A stretch of DNA of 64,000 nt from contig NW_019029012.1 of assembly GCF_002105155.1 (NCBI RefSeq), positions 372,001 to 436,000 on the forward strand, in the 5' to 3' direction. The position numbers and the translations under genes were made by a program. Below are positions 36,716-48,785 of the stretch, in pieces. Every line of letters begins with the position of its first letter. Positions within the stretch are counted from its first letter, which is position 1. Origin of the DNA: Lobosporangium transversale (lineage: Eukaryota). The notes below the pieces were generated by a model. The model was given only the letters and a program-made list of their open reading frames with translations. It did not search any database and was not told the origin of the DNA.

Positions 36716-37223
36716 CTTTACAACAACAAAAAAAAAAAAAAAGAAAAAAGAAAAAAAAAGCGGCATCATGATTGGACGGAAGCATGACATCGTTTTGCTT
36801 TTAAAATATGCTTTCAAGCGTCGCGACAGCATTATAAAAAGAAGAGAACTCCGAGTCTTTCTCACGACAAGCAATCAAACAACCAGGCAATCAAACAACC
36901 AAGCAATAAAATAAACTAAGCAGGCAAAAGAAAGTTATTCTCTTTGGGACCCCTAGCTTAAGAGACATTATATGCGTCCATCCCGCAAGAAGAACCTGAG
37001 AACATCTATTACTGATTCAAGGTTATCTTTATCTGTTGGTTACGTTTCATTGGTCGATCAACTCCTTCACTCTAATTGAACATCTTTTCCTTGCAACAAT
37101 ATTTTATTTTTTTTACACCATCATCACCTTCCTTCATTACCCCTGCTGCTTCCCAGCAGCATTTGTTTTCTTTGCTGCATCATCTTTCATTTCCTGACAA
37201 TTTCTCTATTCTCTCCTATAAGC

Positions 37224-37254
<31 letters not shown>

Positions 37255-37343
37255 CGCTTTCGTCCTTCCTTTTTTTTTTTTTTTTTGCTATTCAAGCTGA
37301 TTTGGCCTGACCCTCTCATTGTTCTTTTCGTGTCTCAACAACT

Positions 37344-40300
37344 ATGACTCAGCCTTCACAGCAGCCTCCTCTCGATGACGAGCCTATTCCTTTCTTCGGC
37401 GGTGCCAATACTGGCCTCAGTACAGGTCCGTCTGCACCACGGCAGCCAATCCAACCTCTTCGTCCACAACCACAGCAGGGTCCTGTTAGACCGCCTATTC
37501 AGCAACAACGGACCGGCAATACTATTGCTCCAGTGCAGCTTCAGCCTCAACGTCATCCTCAGCAGCATGCCCATCCAATACCTCAACAAGGGTATGGGCT
37601 ACAACAAGTTCAACAGCCGTCGCGGCAGATGAATCAATCACCCTTTGCATCTGCTGCTGATCTATTTACAAGCTCACCTGGAAGTCAACAGCAAGGACCA
37701 CTTCAAGGATATCAATCTCAAGCACAGCCACAGAGATTCCCTCCCTCAAATCAGCTTCCACCACCAGTACAGCAACAACAGCACCAACAGCAGGCATCCT
37801 CACATCAAAGACAACAGTCTCTTCCATATCAACAACAGCAACAAGCATCTAGCCAGTCTCAGCGGAATCCTCAGCAGCAACAAGAGCAATTTTCAGCCCA
37901 GGGGACCGTGCTTCCTGCCGTCGCTCCCGTCCCACCTCAAGAACAGTCTTATTCTCCTTTCGCGTCAGCTTCCGATTTGTTTGGAAATTCGATTAGCCAA
38001 GCTACAGGATGGTCAATTTCCTCCGCAACAGAAGATGCTGTTACTTATGGACATCCAACTATGGTCCCCTCTCCTCTTCAAAAGCAACCTTCGCAGCCTC
38101 TAATGTCTCAGAGTCAGGAGACGCCTCTAGCGCCCCCACCCCCACTCCAGCATTCAATTCAATCATCGCAGCAACAGCAACAATATCAAGGTCCTCCTCA
38201 AGGGCCGAGCCCAATTGCTCCTAGTCCACATATGTATGCATCTGCGCCGGTCCAAACTGATCAAACAACTCAGAAGCAGCCATCGGCTTGCCTTCCACCA
38301 CCTCCAAGAGCAGCTATCAGTACGCCAAGGCAAGGCGCATCTTTACCATCATCCTCGCAGCAAGATACATCACCCTATGCAAATCATTTGCCGCCAAAGA
38401 CGCCCATTTTGACAGCCATTCAAACACCATTGATGCTTCCTGCTCAAACACCCCAGGCCCTTCAGTCATCTCATACCCCTTACATAGGCCCAGTGCGTAA
38501 CCAATATGATTCTTCCTCACCACAAATATTACTAAAGCCATGCCCTTATACTGACTGTGGTGGTGAGAACAAACCATATTCAAAATTTTGCTCCGAATGT
38601 GGTCGCTCCATCTCTACCACTAGCCACCCTGCGACACCTGCACTCGGTCGCACTGAATTGCCGGTCTCAAGCGTCCCTCCAATGCCTAACCTCGACCGTA
38701 TAAACGCCTTTTCTCAAGAATACCAGCAGAACGATCTATACATCAACAAAACTCAGGACGATCAGGCTCAGCAGCAGTACGGTCTGGATTATGACCAAAG
38801 TCGTGATCAAGAATATGAGCAAGCGCACGATCAACAAGACTATAGTCAACAGGGACATGACCAGCAGGGATATGGTCAGCAGAACTATGGCCAACAGAGC
38901 TATGACCAGCAGAACTATGATCAGAACTATGACCAACAGAACTATGATCAGCAGAACTATGATCAGCAGAGCCATGAACAGCAGAGCCATGAACAGCAGA
39001 ATTATGATCAACAAAACTATGAGCAGCAGAATTATGACCAACAGAACTATGAGCAGCAGAATTACGATCAACAAGGCTATAACCAACAAAGTTATGAGCA
39101 ACAAGGCTATAATCCACAGTGCTATGACCCGCAGAGTTATGATCCGCAAAGCTTTGATTCGCAGAGTTATGATCCGCAAAGTTATGACCCGCAGAGCTAT
39201 AGCCAACAGAACTATGAACAAGGCTATCAACAGCAGGAGTACGACCAAACTTATAGTCAAACTTATGGCGATACTGCATATTATGATCAGAACCAACAAG
39301 GGTTTTATGACCCCACGACTAGTCAGTATATAGATCAATACCAGCAACAAGAGCAGGCCATGCCGGAACCAGAGCCTATGCCCGAAGAACTCGAAGGAGT
39401 TGATGATCCATTGAATAGAATCCATGGATGCCCAATTATCGCTTTCGGATTTGGAGGTATCGAACTACGTTAATAGATATTAAAATGTATGTCAGGTTTC
39501 TAAGAAGGATTTTTGATAGTTACTAATATTGGTCCTGATGACTACTTTCAGGCAAAATTATGGTTTCCTTCCCACGCTTGGTACAACGCTTCGACTCGGC
39601 TAGCAATACCATGATTACTAAGAAATACCCAGGCGATCTTCAACTGAAGCATGTTAAGGAAGTATTATCTGTGGATAAGGACATAGCCACCTATCCAGGT
39701 CCTCTTTTGGTGGATAATGCCGCTCAAATGAAAAATAAGCGCAAGGATGTCTTGAAGTTCATTGAGCACAAGATCAATGGGTTAGAGCATGGACAGCAGG
39801 ATGACGCCTTTGATGCACACCGCGTCCTTATCTGGCGCTTGTTTAAAGTAATGTTTGAGCAGGAAGGCGCTCTAGTGGGAGGGTAAGGATCTAACTGAGA
39901 ATGAAAAACTCTGCATTAGCGCCTATAGCCTATCTGGTGTAATAACTATATTTTCTATACCTTAGCCCCAAGATTGATGAAGCTGTCCGTAGCGTGCTAC
40001 TATCCATTCCCCTGACAATGTATCCGGCCGAGTCATTTCATGAGCATACTGGCCCTGTCAGAACATCTGCTTCCCTTGATAAACTCCAGGACCTTCTTCG
40101 TAGAGGCGACCGAGCCGGCGCCGTCCGCTATGCAATGAATGCAAATCTTTGGGCTCATGCGCTTGTCATTAGTAGTTCTGTCAATAAAGAGCTATGGAAA
40201 GAGGCCGTCAATGGCTTTGTTAACCAGGAACTTATGGCTGGAGGAGGAGAGCAACAGGCGAACGGTCGCGAGGCTATGCGTGTATTATATGCTCTATTCT

Positions 40301-43300
40301 CTGGTCAAACTCAAAGCGCCATCAATGAAATCATTCCAATGGGCCTTCGTAACCCTCCCGAGGATACCCAGAATGGCTCCCAAGTACAAGAAGAGCAGTT
40401 CGTCACTGCAGAGTCACTATCGTTTGTGAAGCCTATTGAGGAACCCAAGATTCCAGGGACTAGTCTTGGCCAGTGGCGTGATACGCTCGCTATGATCTTG
40501 TCTAATCGCACTGCTGGAGATCAAAGTGCTATTTGTTCTCTTGGAGATCTTCTGATGAAGGAAGGATGGGTCGAGGCTGCTCACATTTGCTACTTGCTCT
40601 CCCCTCAAGTCTCTCTGCATTCTGGATTAGATGCTCCCTCAAACCGCTTGGTCTTAATCGGTGCTGATCAAAGCCCTTATGCAGCGTTCCCATTCTACAA
40701 GAATATCACTGCTTTTCAAAAGACCGAAATTTATGAGTTTGCCTGTGCGTTAAAGAGCCCTGGTGTGGCTAGTGCACTTCCTTTCTTACAACCATACAAG
40801 CTTCATTATGTCTGGACTCTAGTGGAGTTGGGAATGTTCTCTGAGGCCGGAAGGTAAGCTCGCGTGTTCTTTTTTTTTTCACATGCAAACAATAAGTTTA
40901 ATAATTTACCCTATTCAACTAGATATCTGGAATCGATCGAAGCTATTGTCAAGTCGCAAACGAAGGGGTCTCCTTACTACAACGTTGTGTTCCTTGAACG
41001 TCTCAAGGATATTACCGAGCGTTTGACTGGCAGTTCACAGCTCACAGTTACTGAGTAAGTACTTAATTGCTGATTTACACACTTACCTCAAGTAAACCTC
41101 GATACATTTTCTTATTTTTATCTACTGTGCTTCCATAGGGAATCCTGGTTTACCAAAAAGGTGCCAAAGCCCACTATTGGTGGTATTTTTGATGCATTGG
41201 ATAGTAAGATCTCTAAGTTTATTGCTGGCGATAATGATCAGCCCAAACCAGTGATTGTGGAGCCAAAGGCTAATTCTGTTGAATCTGGCCCTTTCGCCAA
41301 TGCCCCTGCTCTGCCTGATTTGAGTAATATTCCACCACGTGCATTATCGCGTTCCAGTAATGGAGCCCGTGCTACAAACCAAGATTCTGCTATTGATCGC
41401 AGTAGACGTCCCTCGGGCTCTAAGTTAGAGGTACCCAAAGCAAACATTTACGGCCAAGGACAACCAACCACTACTTATGCAAATCCTATACAAGCCAGTG
41501 GATATGACCAGAATGACGAGTACGGTTTGCAGACATACCCGCAGACTGATGCCAATACGGCATATGGCTACCACAGCCAAGGCTATAACAATGATCCGAA
41601 CCAAACCTTTGAAGAATCGTATCAGGAGGGTGGGGAAACTTCGGATTACAGGGGCTATAGTCAACAAGCTCAACCTCAGGAGCAGCAGATGTTTACTAAC
41701 AGTGGAGGCCAGCTTGCTCAAAGTGGGTACGACACCAACTACAATACTGGATACAATTCTCAATATGACAATCAGTATGCAGGCCAAGGTGACTTTACTA
41801 ATGAATCTGTCGCCACACAAGCTGCCCAGACTGATGCAACATTTCTCAATCCTGGTTCGGCCCACTATTCTGCAACAGCAGCTCTCGATTCAGTCAAGCC
41901 CGCCGAGGATGGTTACCAGACTGGTGCTGATACCATACTTGCAACTACTTGTGAATATGGCGTAGCACATGAGATACAAGCAGAAGGACCTAGCTATAAC
42001 TATACTGGGGAGGGTGTTTATAATGGCGAGTACCAGCAGGGTCAGGAGTATCAAGGCAATCAAGAGCAACAATATGATGGTTCTCCTGGTGAACAGCAGC
42101 ACGACCAAACATATGCTGAGCAGCAGTATGACCAGGCTTATGGTCAGCAGCATGATCAGGCGTATGATGAGCAACAATATGACCAGAACTACAATGGACA
42201 GCAGCAGTATGACCAATCTGGTTACCAAGACCAGAGCCAATTCCAAACCATTGAAGGCGTCAATCAGGATTTTGCTGCAGAATATAAGGACTACAGCTAC
42301 CAGGAACAGGATGCTGATCAAAAACAGCAAGTATCTCTGGCTGCCACCCCCGCAGCTGAAGCCTCTGGTAATGCAATTAGGTCATATGAGCGAACTGAAA
42401 TCCTTGCTGATGAACCCACACTTGAACAGCAGGTATACTCTTCCGAAACTATACCTACAGCAGTTGCTAATGACTCAGCTCCTGTCATCGGGAGTCAACA
42501 GGGGAGCTATGGCTATCACGAGGGAGATTTCCAACAAGCTGAGTACCAGCAAGGGGATTATCAGCAAGGCGAGTACCAAGACCAAAGTGAATATCAGCAA
42601 GGTTATCGCCAAGGAGATCATCAACTACAAGATGACTACCAACAAGGTAACTACCATCAAGACGATTACCAACAAGGCGATTACCAACAAGGCGATTATC
42701 AGCAGGGTGACTACCAGCAAGGCGACTATCAACAGGGTGATTATCAGCAAGAGGGTTACCAGCAAGAAGGCTACCAGCAAGAAGGTTACCAGCAAGAAGG
42801 TTACCAACAAGAGGGTTATCAACAGGGAGATTACCAGCAAGGAGACTATCAACAAGGAAGTTACCAACAAGGAGGTTACCAGCAAGATAATAATTCCAAA
42901 AATGCACCTCCTCTGGATGAAACTGCTCAGCCAGGCTTTTCTGGGTCTAATGCACCATCCATGTCGGAAGACCATAAAGATCAAGTAGTAGGCCAAGGGG
43001 ATCAGGCACAACAGAGTCATTTCAATGACAATGCATGGTGGAGTAATGGTGGTAATGGCAGTGTAGACCCTAATGGCACAGAAGAACAACAGGTCTTCGC
43101 AGCTAACGACAACTCTCAGGAACCAGTCCAAGAAAGTTACGAGGAAGGTCAGTTTATTTCATTTGGCGCTGTCCCAACTATCCCATCGTTTGGCCAGCCT
43201 GCAATGCCAGTCAATAACAGCAACCAACATACATTTGATGATGACGACGACTTGGGAATGGGTAATAACGCCCTCAATAAGGGAAAGACAGCTGCTACGG

Positions 43301-43671
43301 AAAAGACTGATGGCACTACAGCAACCCAAGCTTCAGAGGATTCAAGTACGCCTGACAATGGATCAAATGAACCCAAGGCTGGATGGTGGCCCAAGCTTTC
43401 GCTTTTGGTAGGTGAAAAGCGTGAATCCACACCAAGGCCCGTTAGAGCAAATCTGGGTGAGGAATCTTCGTTCTATTTTGACAAGGAGCAACAGCGTTGG
43501 GTTAATAAAAAGGGCGGGGCAGAATCATCGAGCACAGCAGAGCCTTTGCCACCACCAGCTATGCCTCGTACATCTTCACCCGCAAGTGGCCCCCCCAATT
43601 CGGCAACAGGATCTTCTGCGGCAAGAAGAGGAGCACGCTCAAAATATGTGGATGTTTTGAATACCAATTAG
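37344..43671 (+). CDS. SEC16: COPII scaffold Sec16, 5 exons, ~1998 aa
   Basis: Exons 37344-39456, 39552-39882, 39966-40853, 40923-41054, 41139-43671 in frame. PIIAFGFGGK, YPGPL, LWAHALVIS, WRDTLAMILSNR, LGDLL..EAAHICYL, TEIYEFA; C-terminal ANLGEESSFYFDK..WVNKK and ARSKYVDV. Confidence 0.92.
38830..39245 (+). repeat. 15-bp coding tandem repeat (QQNYD/QQSYE/PQSYD pentapeptides) in SEC16
   Basis: Units such as CAGCAGAACTATGAT and CCGCAGAGTTATGAT with synonymous variation. Confidence 0.9.
42520..42886 (+). repeat. 15-bp coding tandem repeat (QQGDY/QQEGY pentapeptides) in SEC16
   Basis: Units such as CAACAAGGCGATTAC and CAGCAAGAAGGTTAC. Confidence 0.9.
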
Positions 43672-43990
43672 AGCAATTAGAGCCAACTTTTTTTTTTCTG
43701 TTGAAGTTGGTTTGGTTTTCATACCCTCAGGCCTTGATTACACCAAGCGCCTCATGATACTTTTACCTTCTTTAGTCTATAGTTTTGTTTGGACTTATTT
43801 TTATTTTATTTTATTAAAAGCTTGTGCTACTGAACGATTAAAAACCATGAAAAAAAAAAAAAAAAAAAAAAAAAAAGCTCTTATCCCATTCGAAACCGAC
43901 AGATGCTGGTATAAAATCGATCTTTTGGCAGGAGTCAAGTCAGAGGCATCTTGAAGCCCATTTTTTACATGGCAGTTGAAGAGGAGTTGC

Positions 43991-44189
43991 TCCTCGTCAT
44001 TTGGCCATGTACATAAATATTGTAAAAATATATTGATTGAATTGGCCCCAGAAAAAGCGCGTCACATTGAATGGGATTTGAGTATTGAATCGGTGGCTGA
44101 TTTTGGCCACCAACTCATTTAAGATTATTCAAAATTCTGAGCCAATAATTATTTGTTTTTAGAATATGTTCATGACCAAATGACGAGGA
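43991..44189. repeat. ~200 bp fold-back (imperfect palindrome), MITE-like
   Basis: TCCTCGTCATTTGGCCATGTACATA (43991-44015) vs TATGTTCATGACCAAATGACGAGGA (44165-44189): 23/25 inverted match. Weaker nested pairing inward and a central GGTGGC..GCCACC hairpin (44091-44110). Confidence 0.75.
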
Positions 44190-44289
44190 CAATATGCATT
44201 CTGAACACAAAAGGGGTATAAATAATAAAACTGTGGCTCAACTGATGCATTATTAAATTGACCTTCTTTGCTTCATCAACACACCAACA

Positions 44290-45705
44290 ATGCCAAAGTT
44301 GAAAAATGAAATTGCAGCCATCACGGAACGCGCCTATGGTAATTGGTTCCTTACATCAAAAGACAAATCTTTTTCAGCATTCGTTTCTAAATTTACCATT
44401 ATTTCAAAAGTTCAGGCCGACGAACTTTATCGGGGTCTTCTTCAAAACACCCGACTTGAACAAGGAAAAAGAAAAAAGTTGAACAAGAAATACCAACAAT
44501 GGATTGACACCAAATCTCTCAGTTTCTGGTTGACCTATTTGGATGGTTTGACTTCGAAAAAAATTTTAAAAGGTAACATTCTATTTTAATATAACCTTAG
44601 TTTGTCTTCTGATCTGATGTTACCATTTCTGATATTTTTCCCCCACTTTAGTACATTTATCATTCCACATTAGACAAGAAATGACAACATGGACGTACAA
44701 GGATCACAATTATTTTCATTATTTCAAACAGTTTATTCACTCCTCACCTTTTTTTCCTCTACATGGAAAGGGCTATGTCGATCTAACCATTCATTTCGAA
44801 GACCCGAGCTCTTTTCTTTATTTTTTAAACGCCCAGAACAAAAAGGCTTTTAAACACCTTAAAAAAACCCTCGAGATTGAATCATACATTTCAACGTCTT
44901 TCCCCGAATTTGATTCAATTTGTACGTCCATCTTTTCTCCGAGCGTTATAACATTTGACGAAGCAAAGCAATCAATAAGAGAAGCAGTGCTGAAAAACAT
45001 GAACAATTCTATTTTGGATTACTTTATGGAGATCCTACTTTCATAGTAAGTCTCTGATATTTAAAAGCAAAAACGTTGGCAGATCAATAGAGCCCTTTTA
45101 AATCCCGATTCCTTCTTTTCTTTAGTTGCCACCATTTCCGATATGCCGATTGTGTCTCTAGCTCTCTAAATGAGAGAGAAGTATTTTCGGACTTCACCTG
45201 GAAATTCATTCGCGGTGCCTTGTCGCTTCATGGCATTAGGTCCAGATCATTTGAAATACAGTACAGAAACACCAATCAGCGGGCTGACGGAATTGCTTAC
45301 TTTGGCAGTGAATCCACTGAAATATACTTTGCTGAAGCTTCTCTACTGTCTAATGCAACCTTGAAAAGTTGCATGGTGGACGCTTGGATTCGTCAAATCA
45401 ATAATATCGCATCCATCACTTCAGAAGCTCCTACCGATTTGAAGATATTTGGTTCTTTCTCTTATAAGAATGTCACCAAATTTTATTGCATGGATTGCAG
45501 AGGAGTTTACAGAATATATACAATCAACGAAATGGTTATTCCCCTCGGAAAAGATGACTTCGCCTACAATATGCATGTTGCTGTAAGAGCTTGCATGCAA
45601 TTTGCTTCCATCATTGCAGAAGAGATCAGGAATAGAACACAACATTTAACAATGCCAGGACATGTAAACACATATTTAGATTTACAACTTAAAGAAAAAA
45701 AATAA
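44290..45705 (+). CDS. Putative PD-(D/E)XK (restriction-endonuclease-like) protein, 3 exons, ~418 aa
   Basis: Exons 44290-44572, 44652-45045, 45126-45705 splice in frame. C-terminal LNEREVFSDFTW..RADGIAY..EIYFAEAS fits an E..D..ExS layout; AT-rich codons. Confidence 0.55.
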
Positions 45706-45734
45706 AGTGTTTATTTCAGCGGGTTTATTACTGC

Positions 45735-46688
45735 TTAAAGTTGCAAGAGTAATTTTTGTCGCCCTTGTTCGTCGACATTGGTCCATAACACATTTGTCTG
45801 CGAGGAGGATGTTCCTGAAGAAAGATTGACTCGTCCTTCGTCGAATAGTCGATCTGCAAAAGTATTAGCGAAAATGACTAATTTTCCACTGGGAACAGTT
45901 TCTTCCCACAAAAATATGTCTCCGAAGACATCACTTGATAATAGATCTTCGCAGAGGAGAAACCCACGCGTAGGAGAAACATGTTCGGTCAAACTCCACA
46001 TTCCAGGACTCCTCAATTGGTTTAAGAAGGCCATAAAAGTCTAGAAGATCATTGAGGCCCTCTAAAGTCTCTTCACTTGCAACGTGGATTGACAGTGATG
46101 ATGGCACTCCATTGTAGTAAAGCTCGCAGGGGATATTATAAATGAAAAAAAAAAAAGGGAAGAAAGGATATCGTCGTCCATTTTGAAGACAGAATAGAGT
46201 GGCAAAAGACAGACTGCCATTTGTTTTTTCATCCTTCTTATACAAAAAACGAGATATTGTTAATGTTAAAGAAAAATGAATCATTTACAATAGCATGTAT
46301 TCAGTACTTAATCCTCTCGCTACATTTGGCACAATTTTTTTAATGACCTCTGTTGAATTGCTTATTTCGCATAAAATCAATATTTATTTTTATTTAACCA
46401 ATCTCGTTGTGTGACTGTAAAAGAGAATAATATAAATTAAAAATTGTAAAAGCTTCATTTAGAAACACAATTTTAAAAAACATACTTTTTCAATTGCTTC
46501 GCACAATGATATCCATTTTTTTGCATGAACAGCGGGGATTGCAACGTGCTCATGTTTACAATATAAACAGTGTTTGCATAGTCAAGACAAACATACTTTT
46601 CAATTGGTTCGCCAATGAAAGAATTTCTGAAATGTCCAAAGGATTCAAATTGGGATTGTCCTGAGGTTAAAAATCGATGACAATACAT
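45735..46688 (-). pseudogene. Fragmented ORFs convergent with the nuclease-like gene (unknown product)
   Basis: Protein-like segments at 46688-46473, ~46140-46030 and 46034-45735 need frameshift or splicing to join; GTATGT donor near 46484. Confidence 0.3.
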
Positions 46689-47122
46689 GCTGAATTTTTT
46701 TTGACAGACAAAGTGTCAGCTGCGCCATGTAGGGGCGAAGCAGATTCTAAGAAACATAAATGTATATTCCAGTTCTATCACGCCATTGAGTAGCATGAAG
46801 TATCTTTTAAAACAGCAATTGATGGTTGAGAGATTAGGAATATGCCGCCATACAGGCTCTCTAAAAAAGATATAGAACAGTGTAGAGGATCTTGGTCTTT
46901 GAACTACACATGTTGCTTATGCCTTCCATTCAAAGCACCAAGTCAAAGACCATTATCATTATTAGAAAATCGTGCTCTTACAACGACAAACCATAAACTA
47001 TCACCAATACATCAAGACTAGAATAGAATAGCTCTGTTCCCTAAATTCTCGCTGATTTAGCTATCGCATTCCACCTTGTTCAATCTAGCTATTAAATCTG
47101 AAGATAAACGAGCTTAGATTCC

Positions 47123-48472
47123 TTAGGACTGATTTTTTTCTGGAGTCAAGTCTGCAAAAGACAGCTGTTTTCTGTACGACGAAAAATTAGAAGGATCTAA
47201 CCGAGTCAACTTGCGTATCTGTCCATACGCAAGGCGTCCTTTCTCCTTGCCTTCTGCAGTCTTCTGATCAACATCAACCACAAGGCTGACTGCTATTAAA
47301 GACAACCTAGTGCTAACCCATTCTGCACCATCGACAATCTCTGTCACCGTCATTCTAGGTCCCCTCAGGCGCTTCAGGCGTGGACAGTTAGATAGAATCG
47401 CCTGGACAATGCCATCAGCTCTTTCACTTTCGTCATTGATTTCCAGTATCTCAACTGTATCGCAAAGCCTCTGGTTCCTTCTTTTTCGTACTATCCGTCC
47501 ATCTTCCGAAACCTCCTGCTCATCTGCTAGTAGTTCTCGAAGGGAGAGTGGCCCGAACTCACACCATCGAACTTCTAGCCGTCTTAGTTCAGTCATCTGT
47601 CTGAGAAGTGCTGCCATATCCTCGTCGCTTATCTCCATCCTTGAAAAGCATAGTTCTGATAGGTTTGCTAGTGTAAAGGGACGATGATGGAATGCTGCCC
47701 TGTAGAAATCCATAGATATTTGCCGTAAACTTTGAGTATCATCGTTTTTTTCAATAAAGCCCAGATACCGTAGTCCTGGACATCTCCTAGTCAACATCCC
47801 AAAGCAATACGATGATGTGTGCGGATGTGAAAGGTTGGATATTTGCACATCATGAAGATGTAACATGCTCATTTTTGGGAAAAAGAACTTATCCGTGTTG
47901 TCATCCATGAAGTTGGAAGGTAGTTGATTGATGTTCACTCTGGTCACAGTCAAGTACATAACTCTCTTGCAGACTTGAAAGAATAAATCGACTTCATCGT
48001 CAAGTATAGTTAGTCCGAAAATGTTCAAGACTTTAAGGTGAGTGCATTCCAACAGTGCGCTCCATATTCCTTGTAAACTTGGACAATTGAAGCGAAACTC
48101 AGTGATTGTGAAGCTGTGAGCCTTGACGAGCTTAGAAAGATGGCTCGGGGCTCTAGGGTCCTGAGATGATTCTGCATAGTAGCCTATGCTCTTGAGACGA
48201 CCACAACCTTGTAATGACTTGAACTCTCTCGGGAAGTGGTCAAAAAACACGAGTCCCTCGATATATTCCTTGTAGTTCTGCAGTCCCTCGGCAGTAAAAT
48301 ATCTTGAATTATCTCTGCCGATGGAGATCCTTTTCCAGATGAATTTGGCAAGTGCATTGTGGAAAGTTTTGGAAACACGAATGCAATGTAAGAGTTCTTT
48401 CCGCTTTAGGAAGTCGCCAACACGCGAAACAATTTCTGGAATCTCTAAAGGATTCAATTTTGGGCAGCTCAT
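47123..48472 (-). CDS. F-box-like + LRR protein, copy F (short tail), 449 aa
   Basis: MSCPKLNPLEIPEIVSRVGDFL; family core; EGKEKGRLAYGQI..LSFADLTPEKNQS. Confidence 0.86.
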   Translation of the reverse strand: MSCPKLNPLEIPEIVSRVGDFLKRKELLHCIRVSKTFHNALAKFIWKRISIGRDNSRYFTAEGLQNYKEYIEGLVFFDHFPREFKSLQGCGRLKSIGYYAESSQDPRAPSHLSKLVKAHSFTITEFRFNCPSLQGIWSALLECTHLKVLNIFGLTILDDEVDLFFQVCKRVMYLTVTRVNINQLPSNFMDDNTDKFFFPKMSMLHLHDVQISNLSHPHTSSYCFGMLTRRCPGLRYLGFIEKNDDTQSLRQISMDFYRAAFHHRPFTLANLSELCFSRMEISDEDMAALLRQMTELRRLEVRWCEFGPLSLRELLADEQEVSEDGRIVRKRRNQRLCDTVEILEINDESERADGIVQAILSNCPRLKRLRGPRMTVTEIVDGAEWVSTRLSLIAVSLVVDVDQKTAEGKEKGRLAYGQIRKLTRLDPSNFSSYRKQLSFADLTPEKNQS

Positions 48473-48785
48473 TATGCAAAGAGAGATGATGGAATGAGAA
48501 CAGGCGAATCCTTTTTTGACTGATTTTTATATAAACACGAGTCCAGACCCACGTAGTTCAGTGTCTAAGGTGGAGAATAAATAAAAGAGGATTTGTCCAC
48601 CTTCAACACTTCCTTCAAAACTTATATTTGAAAGGCGTGCTTAAAGGTAGTAAGCAACCAACCACGTTTTTTTTTAAATTTCAATTCATGTTCCTATACA
48701 CTTTCTCAAGAGACTTCAGCTTGTCAATGTCTGATCACGTTTTATAATCCTAGTTTCACCTCACTCCACCATCCGTCTTCACACG

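Noticed and set aside
38736..43131. Long Leu/Ile/Val-rich antisense and alternate-frame ORFs over SEC16
   Set aside because: Shadow ORFs produced by the 15-bp coding repeats.
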